Source: Klebsormidium nitens (Eukaryota > Plantae > Klebsormidiophyceae). Taken from it: a stretch of DNA of 64,000 nucleotides. Every line of letters starts with the position of its first letter. The stretch's first letter is position 1. Under the pieces are notes generated by a model that was given only the letters and a program-made list of their open reading frames with translations, was not told where the DNA came from and did not search any database. The translations under genes and the position numbers were made by a program. Shown in pieces: positions 33,701 through 45,200 of the stretch. The DNA is taken from contig DF237391.1 of assembly GCA_000708835.1 (NCBI GenBank), positions 1 through 64,000 on the forward strand, given 5' to 3'.

Positions 33701-36700
33701 ACGTTGCTGCATGGAGGGGAAAGCAGCAAGGCTCCTCGTTCGAGCAAGAGTCGCGGGTTTGAATGGCAAGTGAAGCCGCAATTGTTGCGGACCAAGCGAC
33801 GACTTGCGAGGTAGAAATCGACCGCTTTCGTCGTAAATGCTGTACTGAAGTTCAAGCACTATTCCTTTAAATCAAAGAGGAAAATGGACCCCGAAGGACC
33901 ATTTAGTCGCAAAATAAGGACATCCAACTTTAGTCGCTAAGGAGCGAACAGAGTCTCAAGAGTCTGATCCAACGCGCAAACGAAAGATGGTCGGATTCAC
34001 CCACGAAACAGATCACGGGAAGGTAGTTCAGAAGAACACTCCCAAGCAATAAAGGCCCCTCACTTGTCTTTCCTCCAGCTGAACAGGCTGTGTGCCGGCG
34101 TGTCGTAGTCGTGGTCCGTCGGATCCAGCCCGCCAATGAATGCGAGCAGCCGTCGCAGTCCACCATCCGCCACGTGTCCCCTCGCCGGGCCGTCTGCGAC
34201 GTGTCCGCTCCCAACGCCGTCCGCCAGGAAGATCTTGTGGTGCAGCGTGAACCCGATGCGACGCGCGAGCGCGCCCCAAATGGAGCTCATGTTGGCGGGG
34301 TCGCGGGGCGCCAGCACGCAAGTTACCTTGGAATCTGCGGAGAGGGTAAGAGGTTGTGAAGAATCGAGAACTATTAGGAGATGAAACGAGAAAGTTGCTG
34401 TCACGAAGCTTGTAACTAGGCTATCACGAGTTGGGGCAACGTCTGGTATTTGAGTGTCCAGGATAGTGCAACAACGTATGAGCTGTTGATGGGAATCGTG
34501 CGGCGCCCGCACTCAAACCACCTTGAAGTTGGCGGACATATAACTTCCTGTTATAAGGGATGATGTCCCCGGGTTTTGAGGGCAGTGCAGCTTATGTGCC
34601 GCTACAACCGCTAGTTTGGCAATACAGGGCCGAAATCAGGACGGAAATTACCTCGTAGTTCGCGAACAACTTGAACCAGATCAGGGTCACAACAAGAGGA
34701 AGAAGTGTTGTCAGGGTTGCTCTCACGACTATTGAGAAAGTGTAACGTTGTTTCTGCGAGGAAGCGAGGGGCTAGAACCTCGTGTTTGCCAAAACGTTTG
34801 TCCCAGCGTTGAAATGTGTATTGATAATGTTCGAGGACGCTTGTTTCGCAAGATGTGCCGAGGCCGACAAGAAAATGACGAGAATTCATATGTTACGCGA
34901 GGACCGACATTTCGAAAGGGCTGAAAGGCAAGCGCCGATGTCTTCTTGCCCCCGCTTTTCCGCCCCTACCTCTGAAGTACTCCACGGCGGCCCCGTTGTG
35001 AGTCAGGTCGACTGCCTTGGTCGCCGCCAACGGGTTCCGCTTCAGCTTCGACGACACGACGTCCCAAAGGATAATGTTTACGCGCACCCCCTCCTCCGCC
35101 TTCTGCTTCAGCAGCTCCCCGATCGTGGGCCCCCCTAGCGGCTTTTCCGCCGCGTTCTCCGCGGGCGGGAACGCGCGGCTGGTGTGCGTGAAGTGCCACG
35201 TGGCGATGTAGATGAGGTGCTTGTCGTTTCGGACGGTGGTGAAGATGTCGCCCCACGCGCTGGGGGAGGTGTCCGCGTTTCGGACGGTGTGGGTGTCTGG
35301 GCAGGGAATTGAGGGGAGCAGACCGGGGGGCACGTGGGCGTCCTGTAGAGGCAATCTGGTGTGAATGCTTTCAATCTGGGAAGAGGAGAATCAGAAAAAT
35401 GGAGTATTTCTCAATTCTGCGGACATTGCGTTCTTTCTTTTATCGAGGAAGCTCGTCGAATTTGCAGCCCAGATTTGTCCGTTATCAGTTCTAGACCATT
35501 CTGTCTACGACTTCACAGCGTTTTTCGATCCCAAAAAGGAAGCTTTTTAGACACCGTGCCTCGGAAACATGCATTGACTAAGCTGCATCATGTGACCGCA
35601 TGCCGACCGCAGGTGCAAACAAAGTCTCTCCAAAATCTTCGAACAATTTGTTCAGTTCGTGCATCACTTATTCTTTTCTTTCACCAGAATATCTTTTGCT
35701 GACCTGCGAATCCCGCGACGATAAAGTTCATCTTAAAGGCTTTTCTCTTTCATTGAAGCCGCTTCCAAGAGTATGTTCTGAGCCCAGCTGCAGACGCAAA
35801 TTAAGAGTTCACATACCTCAAAGTCACTCACAACAGCCCATCTCAACCATTCAAACCCATCCAATGAAGAGGCCCTGCGCCGGCCGTACCTGATACGCCG
35901 TCACCCTACATCCCCTGCGCATCGGGAAGTACGAGTGCGGAACAGGGCCCGGCCCTCGTCTGTATGCCTCGTCTCGGTCCACGCTAACGAACTCTAACCT
36001 AACCCGGATCTCCCCGTCCCCCCTCAAGGGCCGCCCCTTCCTGTCCAGCAGCGGGAGCCACCCCTCGAACGCGTCGCCCCCCCGGATGACGTCAGCGATG
36101 ACGTCAGCGCGCCCCAGCTTCTCCGCCCCGACCGCGCCGTCGTCCTTGGCCTCGAACGTCAGCGTATCGACGGCGTGCGCGAGGTACACGACGAAGCGCT
36201 CGTTCCACACGGGGTGCGCGTCGGCGTGGCGGACCTCGCGGGTGGCGGCCAACCGGGCGGGGCCTGGGGTTAAAGAAGGGGATATACGATTTTAGCCGGG
36301 AGAGAAAGAGGTTAAATGACCGGTTAAGGTGGTCGGGGGAAAAGTCCAGGAATAGGGAGTTCAGGTTGGAGCGTTCGATCGAGACCGGGTGCGCGTCGTG
36401 GTGACGGACCTCACGGGTGGCGGCCAGCCGGGCGGGGCCTGGGTATCAGGGGTTTGAGGTTTTGGCCGGGAGAGAAAGGGGTTAAGTGATTGGTTAAGGT
36501 GGTCGGGGGAATGGCAAGAAGGTAGGAAGTTCCAAGTTTGAGGGTTCGATCGAGACCAGGTGTGCGTCGTGGGGGCGGACCTCCCGGGTGGCAGCCAACC
36601 GGGCGGGGCCTGGGGTTAAGAGAAAAGGAGATTATGTGGTCGGGGAAGGTGGTTGGAAGAGATCGCCATCGAAGACGAAGTTAACTTCGTTTATCCAAAC

Positions 36701-37933
36701 GGTTGTGAGACTGTAGGGTCCGTTTCAGAGGGGTGCGCGTCGTGCCCCGAGTGGCGCCCAACCGGGCAGGAGCTGAGGTTAAAAAAAGGGGTCGAGCAGT
36801 CTGTCGAGGTAGTTGGGAAAAAGTGGCTAGGAAGAACGAAATTCACTCCGTTAAACCAAAGCTTAAGATTTCGAGGGTTCGTTGCGGACGGGGTGCAGGT
36901 TGAGGTGGCGGACCTCCCGGCTGGCGGCAAACCGGGAGGGTCCTGTAGGGGAGAGACGGAGGTTCATTGATTGGTTAATATGGTCGATGGAAGTGGCCAA
37001 GGCAATCCGAAGTCCAGGTTCCGGAGTAAGAAGGCAAGTTCAGTAGAGTGAGTTTGTTCAGAGGAAGAAAGAAACACGAGAGTTCAGATGCGTATGAAAG
37101 GGGACAGTAGGGCACAGATTAGAAGCAGTATGAGAGCGACCTGTCTCTCAGTTGCGTTGTCAGATCAACAATTGATATTTCATGTTGATTTTGACCATAC
37201 CGGTCAGAGTGAGATGTCCAGCAATCCGCTGTTGCTCGAGACTGTGCGGCTGCCGGCAGCTAATGACAACAATGCATATGTTTTGTTCAAGAGACAACCC
37301 GTAGATTTTCAGTATCCCCCTTTCCTTTTGACGAAACAGGGATGGCTTCCTTCCTCGCTCAGTCAAGGAAGAGCAACGTCTGTTGGCCTATCATCTCCTT
37401 TGCTGCGTCCTTTATGTATTGGCTTGCAAGCCTTACGGCAGGCACCGAAGCGATCTGCTGCTGCCTTACGCGCCCCCGATAATGTGTGAGAAAGCCCAAC
37501 TTCTACAGGTATTCAAATCTCGAGACAGTTTATGCATTGAACAGTTCCCACCGTATGTATCAGCCAGCGACACGAGAGGCACAGCTTTGTGCACTTCCAT
37601 CGCTCTCTTGTGATCTCTCAAAGGCCGCAATTGGCCCTCAGTCGCGGTTCCTGATCACCCAGAGTTGTGCACTGACCGTTTGACTCCAACCTTCAGAATC
37701 CCCACATTGCAATTGCTGACGACAGGACACTCACCCGCATTCAGCACCACGTAGCATGACCGGGTCCTATGCTCTTCGTCCCCAGAGCTAGCGCCAGAAG
37801 AACTAGACGTGCGAGCTTCCTGAACGCAGGCCCTGCATCCAGAGCGCAGCTGGGGCATGCACCCGTAAAACGCTACTTCCAGGTTCCTCCCCTCGAGAAT
37901 GGCGACATCTAGAGTGCCGTGCAACAAGACCAT
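30754..37933 (-). CDS. Plant-type C2-domain phospholipase D, divergent; 8 exons
   Basis: Exons on minus: 37933-37735, 36263-35890, 35342-34970, 34334-34064, 33547-33098, 32759-32577, 32193-31986, 31221-30754. C2 start LLHGTLDVAILEGRNL and HPVWNERF; YFPMRRGCRVTAYQDAH; HKD1 HHKIFLAD; EPWHD..C.IDGPAAWDV..FEQEW; YIENQYY.GS; HKD2 HAKIMVQDDE..IGSANLNERSLEGGRDTEIAM; PLD_C with GDVYGYRLSLWAEH. Confidence 0.93.
32260..32620 (-). repeat. Tandem copies of the PLD exon 6 end and 5' splice site in intron 6
   Basis: CATGCTCTACTGGCAGCGCCTCACCATGGCCG.CATGTACA.|G occurs three times: true donor at 32576 (GTACGT), copies at 32432 (GTGCGT) and 32276 (GCACGT); offsets 144 and 156 bp. Confidence 0.9.
36210..37020 (-). 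repeat. Five-unit tandem array, 163-175 bp period, of the PLD intron 1 3' splice site and exon 2 start
   Basis: CAG| acceptors are followed by GPARLAATREVRH-like sequence at 36263 (true), 36438, 36609, 36772 and 36942. Divergence increases with distance from the exon. Confidence 0.9.
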
Positions 37934-39219
37934 CTTTGGATATCTATGATCGAGCTGTCTCAGAGTATCTCTGGATGAAGCTCTCAAAGTCTTTGAACAA
38001 AGAAGGCAAGGCGGGCTTGGAAGTGCATTGGCGCGGCTTGGATGCTCAAATTTTCAATGCTTTCGGATCCTTTCGGTGTGATGCAAGTCGGTGTGGAACA
38101 AAACCATGGCAGATGAGGTGCCGGATGGACCAGGAAAAAGGAACGGCTCAATTCCGTTGAAGGATTGAGCTGAGCAGCAAAAGCGGCTCATGTCAGCAGA
38201 TGCAGATGCTGATGCAGATGCGGATGGCGGCGCCGAGTCAAGACGAAGCTTGCCGAGCGGGCGGCCTGTGCATGCAAACTGATTGAAGACGCCAGGTGGC
38301 ACACGGTTGGCTGGCCTTCAGGCTGCCGGGAATTACAAGTTACCCGACTTAATTGGCATTCATGTTACCACGACGAAGTCGGAGCTCTGGTTTCAATCCA
38401 GCTGAAGTTCCAGCCGAAGAAGCCGCCCACAGAGCGCTCATGCGCGCGATCGGTCCTACCACAATTAGCGCGTATTTCCGTCCTGCAAGGGCCGGCCCGG
38501 CGACGCAGTGCGATGGGGCCAGCGAATTCGAGAGCTCTGGCGCATCTTGCAAGGGACACCGCCCTACACGAACATGACACGTGTCACGTGCATGCCCGAG
38601 CTAGGGAACACAATGAATGACGGCAATATAACTTAACGCGTCCTGAGACGTGCGCATCTAAGTACTAATGTTAACGCACCGCGGTAGCTCAATCTTCTGT
38701 ACTCAATTTAAGTTGCCCTCAGGTCACTCATTACGTACATGCGGACAATGAAATCAACAATGGAGTAACGCTATTGCATCTTCTCAACCTGAGTCAATTA
38801 GGTACGAGCATGGCAAAGACAGCAACATATCTCCGAGTAATTTGCGAAGAAAGTTGGAACGGCTACGCAGTCGGAAGGAGAGGACCAAGATTGACCATGA
38901 ACGCCGAAGATGAAGTGCTGGATTGAAGAAAGTTCTCGTCGTACCTGTTTTGGATCATGATTCTGCATGGGTTTTGCCTTTGTATGAGACGCATTTGCAA
39001 GAGCAGATACAAAAGAACATACATACATTTGACGACACCCAAACGCCTTGAGCTTGGATGGGCTTGAACTTCTATGGCTTGCACCAACAAGCGCGACTTG
39101 CGCATCCTACTTGCAACTTCCCCCTTCGCTTATCCGTAATAATGATAGTTCCACCGAGAAGAGCCAACAACAATAACCACCATATAACGACAGACACATA
39201 CCTACACAGGGCCCCCACA

Positions 39220-42200
39220 TCATCCTTGTACACTCATCGCGCTTTGCAAAGCCGCCTGCTGCGCCGGCGACAACGCCCCAAACGTCGCCCGCACTACGTC
39301 TACCGGCAGCGAATTTTGCAAATGCCGCAGGACGGCCCGTATCCGCCCGGCGGCCGCGTCGGTGACTAAGTCCTTTTCCGTCAGCACTTCCGCAAAAACG
39401 GCGATCACTTTCGGGAGGTTTTGCTGCCCCGGGCCAAGCAGGTCCGGGTCCGACTTTTCGACGAGCGACACCAGGTACTCGTGCACGAGCTTGGCTTCTA
39501 GTTGGTCGTTTTTGATGGGCAGGCAGCTCAAAAAGGCAGGTAATACCTGGACACAGGGGGGTTCGTCAGACGCTAGTAGGGTTGTAAACTCTGCTTACAA
39601 ACGTTCGACAGTACAGGAAGGTGATCTCTGTTGAGTTAGACGCCTACTGGGAGCATCTTGACGAGTAGCTCTATACCTTGGAGTACGGGCCCGGCACACA
39701 AGGCGAATTTGATGTAATCAACAGCCAGGCTTCCAGCTTCAGCTGCAAGGCCCAAATTGTTGCGACATACAAGCAACACAGTGAGCATTTCTTCCGGAAC
39801 GGCATGTGTTGCAAGGCAGAACCAGTGACGTTCCTTGATTGGAATCAGACCGGACGAGAGCTATCCAGCGGGGGCAAGTACGATGCAGAAGCAGGCGTAG
39901 CACTGGGGGCTCCAAATCCTCTTAAGTGCAAAATCCGACAGGGCGCCACCGCCTTCACCAGAGAGCATCAACCGTAATGACATCCACGAATGAGCACAAC
40001 TCAAATGAGCCAAACCCTGCAGCCCGCCCACCAGTTTCGCGTCTATGCAGTCCCGCTGGAACTCGCAGATCTTGCCGACCGCGCTGATCGCGTTTTCCGT
40101 CGCGAGCACGCTCTCCTCCTCGCGCGCGCCCTCCGCGCTGATCACCGCGTTCAGCTTCGCCAGCGCCTCGTGCGCGACGCCACGGAACCGCGCGCCGCAG
40201 AATTGCGCGCACACGCCGAGCCCGAACACCGCGGCCTGCCGCGTGTCCGCGTGCGGGTCCGTTGCGCTGTAGTCGAAAAAGTTGATTCAGCTTCGGCTAG
40301 TACTTCTGCTGTCAGAGTCACAGAACTTCACATCTTCCGTTCGGGGAAGTGAAGACTCGGAAAGGAAAGAACAACTTCGTGAACGGTCCTAGGAAGGGGA
40401 AGGTTTGCCAGCATCAGCCTTGAAGAAGCCGATCCAGGTGAGAACAAAGGCCTACAAATCTTCATCTACAATCAGCATAGACAAGTCCGTTTCTCTAGTC
40501 AGATTGTCGGGAATCGGAATCGAAAGGAGTCATGATAAATCATCACCTGTGGAGCATCGCCGGCATGAAGAGGTCGAATGAATATAAATGAGAGCATAAG
40601 GGCGTTCAGATTCTGGTCGACTTCAGCGTCATGAAAGATTCCCTTTCTCTCGCCGGATTTATCGAAGTAATTCCAAGTAAAGTCTGTTCGGAATCGTCAC
40701 CTGTGGAGCATCGCGGGCATGAAGAGGTCGAAGTACTGGTTGCCGGGTTCGCCGGTCTGTTCGATGAGGTCGTCGAAGATGCAGATGATCGCGCGGCGCT
40801 CGGCGGCGGGGCGCTTGGGCTCGAGCAGGGGCGCGAGGAAGGGGACGAGCGTCGCAATGAGCGGCAGCAGCTGGGCCTTGTACACCTTGAGCATCTTGCC
40901 CAGGCATTCCGCCAGCTGCGGAGAGGCGAGCGGAAAATATAAGTTATAGTCGCCTCACTCTCTCTGAGGGGTCCCGACTCTAACACTGATAATCATGCAT
41001 AAAACGTGGCAACAACTGAACTTTGTGTACACTTTGAGCAGCTCGCCAAGGCACTCCGCCAGCTGCAGAGACGCGAGCGGGAGCTGGCGCTTGCTTAGGC
41101 TGCTAATAACTCGAGGACGACTCAAGGGAGTATCAACTCGGGGTTGAAACACCTGCTGTTTGCGAAATGCAGAGTAACCATGCTTTATATTTGTGAACGT
41201 TGCGAAAATTAGGCTGGGATCGTAAAGGGGGCAGCGCTGGGCAGCAAAGTGTGGAGTCCACTGCGGCGTTCTGAGGAAGCAGTCGCAAAGAAGCTAGATT
41301 TCGTCGGCCGGATTTGGAAGCTCGTCGACCGGATCTAGAAGCTGAGATCAATAGAATGGGCTGCACTTCCAGAACAACCCGTTTCTGTTTCAGCAAGCCA
41401 CTCGCAACACCATCAGGGCTCAGAGCAGACGCCGGGCATGAACAACAGCACACACATACCTCTTCCAGCAATTCAGCTTCCTGTTCAATCTCCTCCCCAA
41501 GCACCTTCCCCCCAATGATAAGCGGACACTCTCAAACCTTAAACCCTAAAGGCGCAAACCCCTAACACCGGATACAACAGAGTGAACACCCATACCTGTT
41601 CCAGCACTTCGTCTTCCTGCTCGATCTCCTCCTCCAGCATTTCCCCCTCCTCCTCGTCGAAGTCCTCTGTGCGGCTGCGCGCGTGCTTCTCCTCCTTGCG
41701 CTTGAGCGTCTCCGTGATGACTTCCTGGAAATTGTCCACGATGCTTTTCACTTGGCCCGGGTCCAGCAGCGGCCCCGCCACCTGGATGCACTCGCCCAAC
41801 GACTCCAGCATGCTCGCCACGATCTCTGCCTCGGGCTCCTGCGGGGGATGTAATGCTGGTGAGTTTCATAAGTTCAAGCGTTACGGTTCCTATGATGAAT
41901 CTTGGTGAGTGAATGCATCTTGTTCTGGTGTAAAGAGAGACCATGAAAGACGCGACTCCAGCATGCTCGCCACGACCTCCGCCTCTGGCTCCTGCGGGGG
42001 GTGTAACGCTGGTGAGACTCTACAAAAGAAGAACGTTACAGAGACTGAGTGTATGAGGCTGTTGATATCTATAAAAGGAAAACGTTCTGGTGACTCTACC
42101 GTCTCGGACTCCTGCCGGGGATGCGATGTATGTGAGTTGTAGTGAGGGAGAAAACACAGCGACTTCAAACAAGTCGCTACGGATTGCCGCTTCCGGCTGC

Positions 42201-45200
42201 TGCGTGAGAGGAAACACTGGTGGAGTTGTGACGAGTGAAAAGATATGAGAACGTCTCCAGCAAGCAACACGAGAAGCAAAACGCGGGTGTCTCTTTCAAG
42301 GATTAAGCCTCACCTTGCCCAGGCTCTCTACCAGGCTGCCGATGATGACGTCAGCCAGCTTTTTCAGCTGCTGGATGTCCTGCCCGTTCTTTTTCAACGC
42401 CAGCTCCGCCGACCGCAGCAGCTCCGGCATGGCTGTAGAGCAGTTTGAGAAACATTGAGCCAAATGGCACATCCATCTAAGCCCTTACACTGAAGTAATC
42501 TCCTCCACTCTTTGGAGATTAAAGGTCGGAGTCCGAGGATAGTTAACGGAACTGATGGCTTGTGGCTAAGAGTTCCGAACGATTCAATGGTACTTGAGTA
42601 GAGTAAAGAGACGAAGGATCAAACAGCAACGCCCATGGCAAAACAATGTTTGATGTCTCACAATCTGCTTCACACTGATAAGAGGCCCTCTCAAGCTCTG
42701 ACAAACTCATGGCGGCATCTGGAGCGGGCAAGCCTCGCTCCTTTCCCCAGAAACGAAGTACCTAAACTGAGTCACGGCCGTGCCCACGTATCGACGATGG
42801 TGCACGAACTCTCACCTGACACGGCAGCTTTTCGCACTTCCTCATGGAAGTAGAATTTGATCAGCGGCACCATGATCTCAGTTACCTGCCAGAATCAGAA
42901 ACGAGCATCTCAGTCACTTACTTGATGCACACCGAGCGCCACATAATCCAGGGACAGGAACGCAGCGTATATTGGCCCCTGGCTCATTCTTGAACCTTGT
43001 CCTGCTCGTTAGTTTCTACTCTTTCTCGGCTGTACGACAGAAACGGAAACGCCACCCTTGTTGTCCTCAGAGAAACGTGAACAACGCTGTCGCATAAGAA
43101 AGAGATTGCGGAAGTCACAAAAAGCAAGTGCTGTAGATAGCACGCCGTACCTGTTCCACCCAGGGCGCGAAACCCTCTTTTAGTTCGTCGGCATAGCAGC
43201 AGAGCATGTTGCACGCCGTCGCCTTCTCCTCCAGCACGCTCGTCCGGATGTGTATCCGCTTGTCGCCCAGCGGAATCGTCTCGATGCTGGCGGAACAAAG
43301 CGGGGCGTCAGTCGACAAGGATTGAGGAGTCGGGTTGCACGGTCCAGGTCAAGAGACTCAGTGTTGAAATGATTCAACAGATGGTGCACTCTTCAGCGTG
43401 GTCTCAAAGAATCCCGGGAATCATCGAAAGAAAGAATCATCGACAGCATTCGATGATGCATGGTCCGGTCTATAACGGACGGCGACGTGAGAGGCGTGTT
43501 GCGGATGCGAACGTGAATGTCAAAATACGGTCTGGGCACTTTCACTTACTGCAAAAGCTGGAATTGAAAACGGCGTAAGGCAAGCGACATGGGGACAGCA
43601 GATTACCACCGACCAGACTCGTCTTCGTTCACGCTCAAATCTTGACTCGGCGTTCCAAAGAAGGCACCCGCTCTTGCAAGTAAAGTCGCCAAGCTAGGGG
43701 CGAAACCCAGAACTCCCCAACACAGCAACCTCTTTGTTCAGCACCGTAACTAGAAGTGAGACTGACCTCTCATCCTCCTCGTCCTCGTCTTCGTTGTCCG
43801 AATCTGCGTTCCGGACGGTGATGTCCGGCTTGAGCTGTGCGGACCGCAGCAGGGGCGGCATCACGATCTCCATATACGGCAGGAACTCCTGACCCAGGCA
43901 CTTGCAGAGCCGCGCCCAAGCCTGGCAGGAAACAGAAGAGGGACCAAGTTCAGTGTCTCATACCCCTTTAACTTGTTTCCCTTCTCGCAGATCCTTTCAC
44001 AGCCAACATGACTTGGTTCCTCCGGATTCACTCTTGCCTCGCTCCTTGCAGAATCTCACGTTTGCCAACTCGACTTGAATTCCTCTAAACCGACATCAAT
44101 AATGTGCGGAGCATTCTGACGTCAACACCGTCGAGTGGCACAAGACTGAGGCGGTGCTGTAACGTACCCTCCCTCCCAAACGAACAATCCAAAACCGGGA
44201 TTGCTGCGAACCAGAGCGACAGCGTTGTCTATGTGCGGACACTCCGTCGAGCACGCAATTGCATCACAAGCCCCAATCTTTCCAGGAAACATCTCGCAAG
44301 CATACCTTCCCCGGAGAAACCTCCACAAGTGCAATTACGGTATAACCACCACTCCCACCCCATCAACTGACCAACCCAATAAGCGCACCTGCAGCATATA
44401 GCTTATCGTCGGGTCGTCGTCGTCCATGTCCGCGACCTGCAGCTTGATCAGCACGTCCATGACCTCTTTCGCGTCCGCGCGGAATTTATCTTTTCCGACG
44501 GCCATCCCAACTAGACTGATGCACTCCATGGACTTGGCGCGCAGCATGCGGTGCGTCTTGTCGGTCGCGTGCAGCAGGATGGACTTGAGGTACGGCATCA
44601 CGGCGGAGTAGTACTTGTCGAACAGGTTCTGCAGGGAGGGACCAGGGGAGCGGTTCGACAATAGTCATCACTCATTAAAATTGAACTTGTGAGGGACTGG
44701 AAGTCCGGAAGCGGAAATGATCTTGAAATATGGCATCACGAGTAGTACTTGTCGAACAGGTTCTGCAGGGAGGGACCAGGGGGGAGATTCAACAGATGAT
44801 CAGAGGCTTGACCGTTACTATAAGTCAATCTTGGCATATTGGCATCACCACCAAGTGATGCTTATTGGAGCAACTCAACGACGACGGTGAGACGCCTGGC
44901 CGTAAGTAGAAGACAACCTTGTAAAGGTTTATTGTATTTCGAGGGCAGAATGGATCGAGGTCTGTCAACCCACCGTAGTGCTTATTCAACAGAATCTGCA
45001 GAATTAAGCAAGGGACTTCAAACAGGCTGAACAACGAGGCCGCAACTAATCTTCTCTTAGGCGAACCCTTTCGTCTCGGCCCGCAAAAAAGGAATCAAGA
45101 GATGTACCGTGAAAACGGGCAGCACGCTTACCTGCGCGCAATCCGCGACCGATGCCAGGGCCGTCAACGCCCCTTCCTGCACCATTCTCCGGCCCCCTTG

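Noticed and set aside
36210-37020. Possible CRISPR array, satellite or MITE cluster
   Set aside because: The units are diverged copies of the host splice junction, with no constant repeat and unique spacer pattern, no terminal inverted repeats or target-site duplications, and a eukaryotic context.
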